Positions 27,612 to 35,936 of a stretch of DNA of 64,000 bases are shown one piece after another. Every line of letters begins with the position of its first letter. Within the stretch, counting starts at the first letter, position 1. Origin of the DNA: a virus. The position numbers and the translations under genes are program-made. Location: positions 32,001 through 96,000 of IMG/VR virus record IMGVR_UViG_3300030329_003470, one strand, 5' to 3'. Below the pieces are notes generated by a model. It saw only the letters and a program-made list of their open reading frames with translations, was not told the DNA's origin and searched no databases.

Positions 27612-28550
27612 TTATATTTTTTTGATTTTATCTAAAATGTCGTTACCAAAGAAGTCTTTGTATTTGTCATACAATGGTGACCATAAAGTTTTTAACTTGC
27701 TAATTTCTTCTTCTGGCCATGTAATAACTTCTTCAATACCTAATTTTTCTTGTTTAGATTCACTAGTCTTGATTTCTTCTGCGTCAGCAACTGATTGTGC
27801 TCTTTCTTTTCTTGCCGCTAAAAACCCAGCCTGTGTAAAATGTGTTTGATCTTCTGCACTCAACGAACTCCAGAAACTGTCATTCAATAAAATTGAAGTT
27901 ACATACATCGAATGTTTAGTATCTGCAACATATTTTTGTGATCTGTGTGCATCAGCATGATATCTAGGGTAAGTTGTTTGTGTAACATTAACTTTGTCCC
28001 AGTCTGTTTTTGAATCAGTTAAACGATCTACTTTTTTTGCACCTACCATGTCAATCATGTCAGCGTGTACAGGATTTCTCCATCTAGAATATGTTTTGCC
28101 AGCAAAATCTTCTATTGATCTTATAGGAGTGTTTGATGCTGTGCATCTGTATCCGCCTGAATATGTAAATGATAATCCACGTACCTGTGTCTTTTCATAT
28201 AGATGTGCAAAAAGTGATTTGCCAATTTCTCCTTCAAAAACTCTTGATGCATGATCGTGATCTTTGAATAGATAAGGCATTGATAAAGCATAAAAATCTG
28301 TAGCGTCATAATCGCCTAGTATATCAGAAAACAGTTGGCTACATTGTACTCTACCTTCTTTCAATTCTAAGAAAGGATCACAAATTAAACCGTCAAGATA
28401 CTTGTTTTGGTAGTCTGTAAGTGTAAGAATCTCTATCTCATACTTGTTATTTGTAAGTGTATCTAGATGTTTCTGAAAATCTTCAGCAGTTCTAATGAAA
28501 AGTTCTGCTGGTTCATGAAACAATAACCATTTAATTTTTTGTCTTGCCAT
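27612..28550 (-). CDS. dctP: TRAP transporter substrate-binding protein (DctP family), no signal peptide
   Basis: FYALSMPYLFKDHDHA, PIRSIEDFAGK, LNDSFWSSLSAEDQ; overall SBP_bac_7 layout; SD AGGAGA. Confidence 0.8.
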   Translation of the reverse strand: MARQKIKWLLFHEPAELFIRTAEDFQKHLDTLTNNKYEIEILTLTDYQNKYLDGLICDPFLELKEGRVQCSQLFSDILGDYDATDFYALSMPYLFKDHDHASRVFEGEIGKSLFAHLYEKTQVRGLSFTYSGGYRCTASNTPIRSIEDFAGKTYSRWRNPVHADMIDMVGAKKVDRLTDSKTDWDKVNVTQTTYPRYHADAHRSQKYVADTKHSMYVTSILLNDSFWSSLSAEDQTHFTQAGFLAARKERAQSVADAEEIKTSESKQEKLGIEEVITWPEEEISKLKTLWSPLYDKYKDFFGNDILDKIKKI

Positions 28551-28574
28551 TGCTGTTCTCCTATAATGCTTTAT

Positions 28575-29243
28575 TTATGCTATTTTTTCTGTATTATTAC
28601 CAATTATGGTATCTTCTAATTCTTTGTTGTTATACAGGTTAAAATACCATAGTTTATGCCCTATTTCAGTTAACATTTTATCTCTTATTTCGTCTTTTTC
28701 AGAGAACAAAAAGTTGTAACTAGCAACGTTCCAAAAATCACTTTTGGATCTAAACAAATTTGCCACTATTTTCCAATCATATGTATTGTCCTTAGGCAGT
28801 AGTTCTTGCATCGCCCTTTTATTTTTTGTAAGATGTGTCCAATGATTATCTTGTGGTTGTTCCCAAAATCCTATCTCACTGTTGTTTAATAGTTGTTGGA
28901 ATGTCCAATTTTTTAGCAAATAATCAAGGCTTTGTGATTTGTTTTTCTGTTTTTGCAGTGCTTCTATGTATTTTTTAGAAGTAGTAGACATTGTTGTAAT
29001 TTTTGGGAAGAAAGAATGCACAGTTGGATGAAAAAATTTATCACCTCTACTATCTAATATTATAATTTCATCTAATTGTTGTAAATTTAATAATGATTCA
29101 ACATATTGGAAATATTTTAATGTAGGTTTTGCTAACATTCTAACGTTAGGGCAAACAAGTACCATTTTATTTTTAATGTAATCAGCAAAGTTACCGTGTG
29201 ACAGTTGCATACCATCATAAATTTCAACATCAAAATTAAACAT
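28575..29243 (-). CDS. Hypothetical protein
   Basis: 222 aa; TAAATA 6 nt upstream; no family recognised. Confidence 0.65.
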   Translation of the reverse strand: MFNFDVEIYDGMQLSHGNFADYIKNKMVLVCPNVRMLAKPTLKYFQYVESLLNLQQLDEIIILDSRGDKFFHPTVHSFFPKITTMSTTSKKYIEALQKQKNKSQSLDYLLKNWTFQQLLNNSEIGFWEQPQDNHWTHLTKNKRAMQELLPKDNTYDWKIVANLFRSKSDFWNVASYNFLFSEKDEIRDKMLTEIGHKLWYFNLYNNKELEDTIIGNNTEKIA

Positions 29244-29275
29244 ATGAAATATTTAAGTTGCGGAAGTACCGCCAC

Positions 29276-29305
29276 AAAAAAAGGCGACATAAAGCCGCCT
29301 TTTTT
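29276..29305 (-). terminator. Terminator after the major capsid gene
   Basis: GGCGGC/GTCGCC stem plus T8 on the - strand; near-identical to the 16781 terminator. Confidence 0.85.
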
Positions 29306-29326
29306 CGAAAATTGGTAAGCCTTGGC

Positions 29327-30499
29327 TTACTTGAATTTTAAGTTTCCTGAAGTTACTGCTACTAATCCAACGTAGTCTGCCGCGTTACCTAGTGAAGATG
29401 CAGTGTTTGTTAATTCAACATAACCGTATCTTGTTAGGAAACCAACAACTGGTTCGAAAGTTGCAGGATCAAGAACAACGCCACTTGACATTAAAGGTAT
29501 GTAAGGACAGTAGAACGCCGGAGCGTCTGCCTCACTTGAACCTTTGTAACCAACTAGGATTGAAGTACCGTCAGCCGCGTATGCGTCTACGTATACTCTC
29601 ATTGAAGCATTTAACGTACCAACAAATTTTGTGTTAGTAGGTGCTTCAAATGTACCTTCAGTTGATCTTGCAAATGCTGAAGTTGTTGCTGATTGAAGAA
29701 TAGTTAAAGCAGTTGGAGATACTACCGCGTAGTTTCCAGCGCCTCTTCTAGTTCTTGTAGCGATTTGGTTTGCTACTCTGTTGATTAACACAGCCAAAGC
29801 CGCGTGTTCGTCACCAACGAAAGTTGCAGTACCAGATACAGCCGCTTGGTCAAAAGTTTCAGCGGCAGAGCCAGCCAAAGTTCTTAATGAACCAATGATT
29901 TCTTGGTCAATCTCAGCAGTAATCTCTTGAGCCAAAGCCGCCATGATTTCTGCTTCTACGTCTATACCTTGTTGTGCTTGAGCATCTTGAGCCGCTTCAA
30001 AAGTCCATCTTGCAGATAGTTTTCTTGATTTCGCCTCAACTGGTTGTTTCAAGATTTGAATTGATAATCTCTTACCAGGTGTACCTTCTAAAGATGCTGT
30101 AGAAGCCGCTTTAGGAGTTGTGTTGTTCTGGTTACCAGCGTATGCTTTCGCTATTTTGAACGGAGATAATGCTTCTTCACCAGCAGTTGTGTTCGAACTT
30201 ACTGTGTCTGCATATCTTATTCTTAGTGTGTGGATCTGTCCAACCGGACCAGTCATTGGTTGTACACCAACGATCTCGTTCGCTATAACAGTAGGCATAA
30301 CCCTACGTATTACTGGAAGAATCACTCTGTTTAGAGTAGCAACGTTACCTGCCGATGTAGCACCTGCAGTTGCTTGTTCTGACAAATATTTCTTAGTGTT
30401 TTCTAAGATAACATCCATCGTCTTTTTCTTGTTGCCGTCTAAACCTTCAGTTAGAGCCTGTTTAGTTTCGCTCCATTTAGATTCAAATAGTTCTGACAT
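29327..30499 (-). CDS. Major capsid protein (T4 gp23-like)
   Basis: VGVQPMTGPVGQIHTLR, VEAKSRKLSARWTFEAAQD, EITAEIDQEI, FYCPYIPL, DPATFEPVVGFLTRYG. Confidence 0.97.
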   Translation of the reverse strand: MSELFESKWSETKQALTEGLDGNKKKTMDVILENTKKYLSEQATAGATSAGNVATLNRVILPVIRRVMPTVIANEIVGVQPMTGPVGQIHTLRIRYADTVSSNTTAGEEALSPFKIAKAYAGNQNNTTPKAASTASLEGTPGKRLSIQILKQPVEAKSRKLSARWTFEAAQDAQAQQGIDVEAEIMAALAQEITAEIDQEIIGSLRTLAGSAAETFDQAAVSGTATFVGDEHAALAVLINRVANQIATRTRRGAGNYAVVSPTALTILQSATTSAFARSTEGTFEAPTNTKFVGTLNASMRVYVDAYAADGTSILVGYKGSSEADAPAFYCPYIPLMSSGVVLDPATFEPVVGFLTRYGYVELTNTASSLGNAADYVGLVAVTSGNLKFK

Positions 30500-30524
30500 T
30501 TGATCTTTTCCCCTTAGTTTATTG

Positions 30525-31589
30525 TTATATACCCGCCAACTTACGGATATTTGTTAATTCAGCATCTTCTCTTACGGCTCTGTCACCTTTTGCTTCACTA
30601 ATAACTTGTTTAGTTGATGCAACTGGTTTCTCAGCCATAACGTGAGGTAGATACTTGTCGAATGAAGCCTGTAACTTGTCAGTTTGCACTGACTCTAATA
30701 GTTGAGCCATAACTTCACCCTTTGTTTTGCCCAATGGTTTGAGCATCTCAGCCATCTTTTCCTTGCGTTCCATCAAATCCGATTGTCTTTTGGCTTCCGC
30801 CTCTTTGGATTCAATCACCGCTTTTTTCTCTTCGACAGCCTTCTCAGCGTCTTTTAACTTCAAAGTAGTTTCATCAACCACTTTCATTAACTTCGCAGTC
30901 TCAGATTTCTCATTTAAGTAAGAATTCTGGTACTCAGAAGCAAACGCCTCGAATATTTTCTTACCAAAGTTGACTTCTCTTGCCGCTGTAATGTCTTCCT
31001 TCAGAGATTTTAACTCTTCAGCAAGTTTTTTGTTAACAGCATTCTCTACAACTTTAGCAGATTTTGTTACGAAAGCCTCTTTCATCTTAGCCATTTGTTT
31101 TTTGGCTTCGGCTACTAGTTTAACTTTCGTCTCCACAACGCCTTTTTTGTCTTCATGGAATTCTTTAATTTCTTTTGCAAGAGCGTTTACTACAAACTCT
31201 TCCATTTTCTTAAAGTTTTCATGAACACCTTTACGGTCGCCATGTAGTTCTTTTAACTCTTCTGATAATTTCTTCATTATAAACTCTTGAAGTTTAGCAG
31301 AATGAGCGCCTACGTTTTCTTTGTAAGCAATTTTTTCTTGTGCTAGTGCTTTTCTGTCTTCAACAAACTTTGTGATTTCCTCAGATAATTTCTCAGTCAT
31401 CATTTTGTCTATTGCTTCGATCATGTTTGCTTTGTCGTGTTCGTATCTTTTAGCAAACTCTTCTCTCAGTTCCGCACCTACAGTTTCTTTATTTTCCTTG
31501 ATTTTTGAATCCCAAGCCTCTTGAATGCTTTTTTGAACATCTTCTGAGATTGCTCCAGATTCAACAAGTTTTGATATTGCGTCTATCAT
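30525..31589 (-). CDS. Prohead core scaffold protein (T4 gp22-like)
   Basis: 354-aa coiled coil between the protease and capsid genes. Confidence 0.85.
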   Translation of the reverse strand: MIDAISKLVESGAISEDVQKSIQEAWDSKIKENKETVGAELREEFAKRYEHDKANMIEAIDKMMTEKLSEEITKFVEDRKALAQEKIAYKENVGAHSAKLQEFIMKKLSEELKELHGDRKGVHENFKKMEEFVVNALAKEIKEFHEDKKGVVETKVKLVAEAKKQMAKMKEAFVTKSAKVVENAVNKKLAEELKSLKEDITAAREVNFGKKIFEAFASEYQNSYLNEKSETAKLMKVVDETTLKLKDAEKAVEEKKAVIESKEAEAKRQSDLMERKEKMAEMLKPLGKTKGEVMAQLLESVQTDKLQASFDKYLPHVMAEKPVASTKQVISEAKGDRAVREDAELTNIRKLAGI

Positions 31590-31590
31590 G

Positions 31591-32220
31591 TTATTTTAGG
31601 TCCTTTATTATGTTGGTTAGTGCATCTTTTAGATACCTTTGTGCTTTTGCGTCATTTCTAACTTCAGCGGCCAGACCCTTTGCCATATGTCCACCTTTTG
31701 TATTCATAAGATGTTCATATATTGGCGTAGGATAAGCACCTGGTGCCGAAGGTTGGGCCACAACATCAACTGTGATGATCTCAAAGTCTGAAACTTCGCC
31801 GCTTCCGTATTCGTTAATGTTTCCACTACCTCTACTTGAAACGCCTAGTTTCACACCTGATTCCAACATAGTTTTGACAAGTTGACCCATCGGTGTTGGT
31901 AAAATTTTCATTTTACCATATCCATTTGGTCCGTCCATCCACATTTCAGTAATCATGTGAGATACACGGTCCAAATTAATTTTTAAATCGTCTGGATGAT
32001 CTACTTCACCTAATACAGAGTAGCCTGAACTGATCTGGTCATTAAGTGTTTTAACTGCTTTGCCAATTTCGTTTACTGGGTAAACTCTTTGGTTAGCATT
32101 TTTAATTCCACCTTGAATACAGATACCTTTCATGTACAAATCTTTGTTATCTTGGCCTTCGTGTAAGATCTGTACTCTCGCCTGATCGTATGTTAGGTGC
32201 TCTCTAAGATAAAGTGACAT
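31591..32220 (-). CDS. Prohead protease (T4 gp21-like)
   Basis: GEVDHP, RVSHMI, GVSSRGSG, DVVAQPSAPGAY. Confidence 0.96.
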   Translation of the reverse strand: MSLYLREHLTYDQARVQILHEGQDNKDLYMKGICIQGGIKNANQRVYPVNEIGKAVKTLNDQISSGYSVLGEVDHPDDLKINLDRVSHMITEMWMDGPNGYGKMKILPTPMGQLVKTMLESGVKLGVSSRGSGNINEYGSGEVSDFEIITVDVVAQPSAPGAYPTPIYEHLMNTKGGHMAKGLAAEVRNDAKAQRYLKDALTNIIKDLK

Positions 32221-32251
32221 CTAAACTCTCCTTGTTTCCAATTATTGACAA

Positions 32252-33193
32252 TTACTTGCCAGAAATTGGAGATTTTGCAGATGCATCAGTACCATCTTTA
32301 GTGTCAGCCTTCGCCTCACCTGCTGGTAAGTGTTTTTCTTGGCCTGGACTATTAGCAAATTTCCCCATTGCTTCTGCTTTTGGTGCCGCTCTTCCTTTGT
32401 CTTCAGCGCCTGAACCAGTTTTTACTGGAGTTCCGCCCTGTTTAGCACCACCTGTTTTAACTGGAGATGATTTGTTATCTGCATGGTCTTTATTATCTGC
32501 TGATTTTTTGTCTACGTATTCTTTAACAGTTTCTTTAGTTTCTGCTTTTGATTCAATAGACATTTCAGGTTGAGTTTCCTGTGCTGGAACAACTGGTTCT
32601 AAAGATTCTTCTTCTTTGCCTTCTTCATCACCTTTGTCAGCCATCATTGCGTCAAATTCTGCTTTTAATTCGTCTAAAGCATCTTCTAAATCAACAACTC
32701 TGTCTTCAACATCTTTGTCTTCACCGTTTTCTTCGCCGTCAGCATCCATATCAGCCGCCATATCGTCAGCCGCTTTATCGCCTTCGCCTTCTTCGTCAGC
32801 AGAAATGTCTTTGATTAATTCATCAGTAGCGTCGCCACCAACTTCTTCAATTGACTCTTCTTCTGTTTTTTCAGACTCGTCTGTTTTTTCTTCTTCAGTA
32901 GATTCAGTTTCTTTAACTGCTTCGTCTTTAGTTTCTTCTTTAGCAACTTCTTCTACTTTTTCTTCTGTAGACTCTGCCGACGCTTCAGTTTCTTTAACTT
33001 CTTCTTTGCTGTCTTCTTTAGTTTCTTCTTTAGTTTCTTCTACTTTGTCTTCTTTGTCTTCTGCTTTCTCTTCCGCTAAACCTTCGTAGATATCTCTTGA
33101 TTTTTCTACTACGATTTCATGGAAAAGTGCTTCTGCTTTGTCAGTTTCTTCGTTGATTAGTAATTCTAATAACGATTCAAATTTATTTGTCAT
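32252..33193 (-). CDS. Acidic prohead core protein (gp67/gp68 position)
   Basis: Extremely E/D/K-rich; upstream of the protease; SD AAGGAG. Confidence 0.7.
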   Translation of the reverse strand: MTNKFESLLELLINEETDKAEALFHEIVVEKSRDIYEGLAEEKAEDKEDKVEETKEETKEDSKEEVKETEASAESTEEKVEEVAKEETKDEAVKETESTEEEKTDESEKTEEESIEEVGGDATDELIKDISADEEGEGDKAADDMAADMDADGEENGEDKDVEDRVVDLEDALDELKAEFDAMMADKGDEEGKEEESLEPVVPAQETQPEMSIESKAETKETVKEYVDKKSADNKDHADNKSSPVKTGGAKQGGTPVKTGSGAEDKGRAAPKAEAMGKFANSPGQEKHLPAGEAKADTKDGTDASAKSPISGK

Positions 33194-33289
33194 TACACGT
33201 GCTCCTTTTATGCGATTTGTACTTATAAGCAGTATTATTTACTACAAATCGATAAAAACGGCGGTGTAATTGGTGTAAAAAGGCGTCTT

Positions 33290-33940
33290 TTATGAAGATT
33301 TTTTTTGTAGGTTGAATTTTGCTAGAAATTCTTCGATAGTAAGGTGTTTTAGATTTTCTCGCCAGTTAAGATCTTTAGGATTGAACCATCCTTTGGGGAT
33401 TACACGATAGAATTGTACGTCACCAAAATCTGCCAAACATTTTTTAGTTTGGTTCATCCAATTACCATAAAAAGTTGCTTCATCTTTGCTCTTTTTGTAG
33501 TTACGAGTGTCTTTGAACATATTATTAAACTTGTATCTATTGTTGTTTGAGTCTTTTGGAAGTCCTTGATAGTCAAAACCCAGTATGTATATCTCTTTGT
33601 GTTTGCGATCACAAGCCATTCTTAAAGCAGTTGGACCACTGCTCCATCCCAAACTAGGTTGGAACCATTTGACATGATCCAGCACTTTTTGAGTTTTATT
33701 GTACTGAGCATTGAAGTTTGACCACACTTGATTCTCTATAGGATAGTTACTTTCAGCAATTTCTAACACCATTTTAGGGTCTACTGCTATTAAAAAGTCG
33801 GGTTTATCCTTTCTATAAACACCATTACAGGCAAATACTTTGCCATGCTGTTTAAGATCTTCAATTTCAATGCCTGATCGAGACTCTCCATTTCCGAGAA
33901 CGAACGCAATCCCGTGATCAGTCCTATCTGGTTTTGCCAT
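33290..33940 (-). CDS. Maf/Cst-like (MptE/DUF115-type) glycosyltransferase-fold protein
   Basis: AFVLGNGESR, VFACNGVYR, PDFLIAVD and SSGPTAL...KEIYILGFDY parallel the GNGPS and TSG...KEIYLSGIDF motifs of Cst/Maf enzymes. Confidence 0.6.
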   Translation of the reverse strand: MAKPDRTDHGIAFVLGNGESRSGIEIEDLKQHGKVFACNGVYRKDKPDFLIAVDPKMVLEIAESNYPIENQVWSNFNAQYNKTQKVLDHVKWFQPSLGWSSGPTALRMACDRKHKEIYILGFDYQGLPKDSNNNRYKFNNMFKDTRNYKKSKDEATFYGNWMNQTKKCLADFGDVQFYRVIPKGWFNPKDLNWRENLKHLTIEEFLAKFNLQKKSS

Positions 33941-34182
33941 TATAACTCTAAATTATCTGTTTCGGCTGGCTGTCCATACATTTTCTGGACAAATACTGCT
34001 TCTTCCTTTTGTTGCTCATCGTGTTCTTCAGATGATAATCTCATAGAGTTGATATCTTTGAGTGTAAGTCGAGTTTTTCTAGTATCGTCTTTGTCTAAAA
34101 TTGAAATATCTTGTTCTGGATCATACGTATTATCCTCTTTTGCACCTTCTGGTCCATATGTAAAGAATTCCATTAGTTTCAT
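33940..34182 (-). CDS. Small hypothetical protein of the head operon
   Basis: 80 aa; TAAATA 5 nt upstream. Confidence 0.75.
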   Translation of the reverse strand: MKLMEFFTYGPEGAKEDNTYDPEQDISILDKDDTRKTRLTLKDINSMRLSSEEHDEQQKEEAVFVQKMYGQPAETDNLEL

Positions 34183-34196
34183 ATTCGTATTTAACC

Positions 34197-35930
34197 TTAT
34201 GTAGGTGTTCCTCCACCTGTGCCACCTGGTATAACTCCTCCACCACCTGGTGTTGTGCCTGGTGCTCCTGCTCCTGGTTGTCCCGGTTCTGGTGCTTCTG
34301 GTTCTGCTGTTGGCTCTTCAAATTGGTCTAAATCCGAAGTAATACCTGCTTTGGATACTCCACCTGATCTAAGTTGAGCATTTTTGCTTTGTTTTCTTTG
34401 AGGTACATTGTTTTCTTCTGCCCACTGATCAGCATTTTGAGCCATTTCTTCTTCAGTAAGTCCAAGATATCTTTTTAACGCAAATCTTTTAGAAATATAA
34501 GGCAAGTCTGCTACCTGTACAAATGATTGAATTCTAGTTTGATCCATTTCTGTCTGTCTATACTGTGCAAAGTTTTGTGGTGGATTAAGTTTTAGTTCAA
34601 ACATACCATTGTCTATGTTGTAACCTTTGCTTTTTATCCACATTTTAAACTCTTCATCGAATGTTGGATTCAACATTGATTGTAATCTTGCACAATATTT
34701 GTTAAATCTTAATTCTTGAATGTATGCAGTACCTACTCTACCGTCATTGTACTGTTGTTGTGAATCATCTGGTCCAGTTGGCAAATAAGAACTTGGTATT
34801 CTTAAACCTCTGAACAGTTTGTTTGTAAAGAATTTAAGGTCATCTATTTCACCCAAGTTAGTACCACCCGGTAGTGTATCAACTTTAGATCCTCTTCCTT
34901 CTGCTGTTTGCGGAAAGAAGTAATCTTCATTAATACTCATTGGATTATAAGTTGCATCAATATAGTTGACACCACCTGATGTGCTTGGAATTCTTCTTTG
35001 ATTAATTTCGTTCTTGACTCTCTCAACGAATTGCATAGCCAAGTGTGTTGGCATATTACCTACGTCGATGTAAAATACTCTTCTTTCAGGTGCTCTTTGT
35101 ACCCTGTAAATGATAATTGCGTCTTCTAATAATTCTTTTTGTTTGTAAACTTTGAAAACTTGTTCTAATACTGACTGTCCAAACGGAAATAAGTTATCTA
35201 AACCATCTGACATTGACATATGTACAACGTGTTCTGCATTTATGTTGTACGCATTCATTGTTCTGTAGAATCTACCACCCGATGTTCCAGCAAATCCTGA
35301 CATATTGGCAGTTGCACCTGCGTTTGCATAACTTTGACCGTATGCCGCAGTACCACCACCTGTTGTTCCACCACCACCATATGTTTGATTGGGTGTAATT
35401 TGTGTTGCACTTAATCTTTGTAGGTTTGGATTGATATCTCTTACAACATATTGTTCAGGTTTTTTACCTTCTGATTCGTTAACAACTATTCTGTCAACTT
35501 TTGCGTTGTCAATGTACAACCATTTGTACGTTTCTGGATCTCTTACAAAGAAACAGTCTCCATATTTCAATGCATTTCTAAATATTCTAAAAATTCTTTT
35601 AGTAAGTTTGTTTGCTTTTGTCCATTGTTGAAGTGCTTTCTTTAAAAGTTTAACTTCGTGTTCTGTAGTTTCGTCTTTGAACACAATATCAAATGGAGTT
35701 TCGTTTTCTTTGTTTTGTTGTGTTGAAAATTCTGCAAGTATATCTAATGCCGCATTGATTTCTGAATCAGAATCCATTTGGTCATATTGAAAATATCTCT
35801 GTATTCTATTTGGATGTCCTGTGTAAACATCAGGCAAATAAGATGAGTAATTTCTCTTCGCAAAATTAGGTACTTTTTCTCCTGAAATTGGAGAAAGATT
35901 AGCGTCTTTAAAATATTTTTTCCAAGCCAT
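34197..35930 (-). CDS. Portal protein (T4 gp20-like)
   Basis: LLEDAIIIYRVQRAPERRVFYIDVGNMP, EDYFFP, GRGSKVDTLPGG. Confidence 0.97.
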   Translation of the reverse strand: MAWKKYFKDANLSPISGEKVPNFAKRNYSSYLPDVYTGHPNRIQRYFQYDQMDSDSEINAALDILAEFSTQQNKENETPFDIVFKDETTEHEVKLLKKALQQWTKANKLTKRIFRIFRNALKYGDCFFVRDPETYKWLYIDNAKVDRIVVNESEGKKPEQYVVRDINPNLQRLSATQITPNQTYGGGGTTGGGTAAYGQSYANAGATANMSGFAGTSGGRFYRTMNAYNINAEHVVHMSMSDGLDNLFPFGQSVLEQVFKVYKQKELLEDAIIIYRVQRAPERRVFYIDVGNMPTHLAMQFVERVKNEINQRRIPSTSGGVNYIDATYNPMSINEDYFFPQTAEGRGSKVDTLPGGTNLGEIDDLKFFTNKLFRGLRIPSSYLPTGPDDSQQQYNDGRVGTAYIQELRFNKYCARLQSMLNPTFDEEFKMWIKSKGYNIDNGMFELKLNPPQNFAQYRQTEMDQTRIQSFVQVADLPYISKRFALKRYLGLTEEEMAQNADQWAEENNVPQRKQSKNAQLRSGGVSKAGITSDLDQFEEPTAEPEAPEPGQPGAGAPGTTPGGGGVIPGGTGGGTPT

Positions 35931-35936
35931 ACTTTA

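Noticed and set aside
16781-29305. Near-identical terminators at 16781 and 29276 as a mobile repeat family
   Set aside because: Only two short copies, both at gene ends; ordinary terminator function is sufficient.
19151-33089. Long antisense ORFs such as 19151-19804, 19847-20272, 25227-25784 and 32616-33089
   Set aside because: Shadow frames opposite well-supported genes, caused by biased codon usage.
32252-33193. Glu/Lys-rich tandem-like repeats
   Set aside because: Low-complexity coding sequence typical of T4-like prohead core proteins; no exact DNA periodicity.
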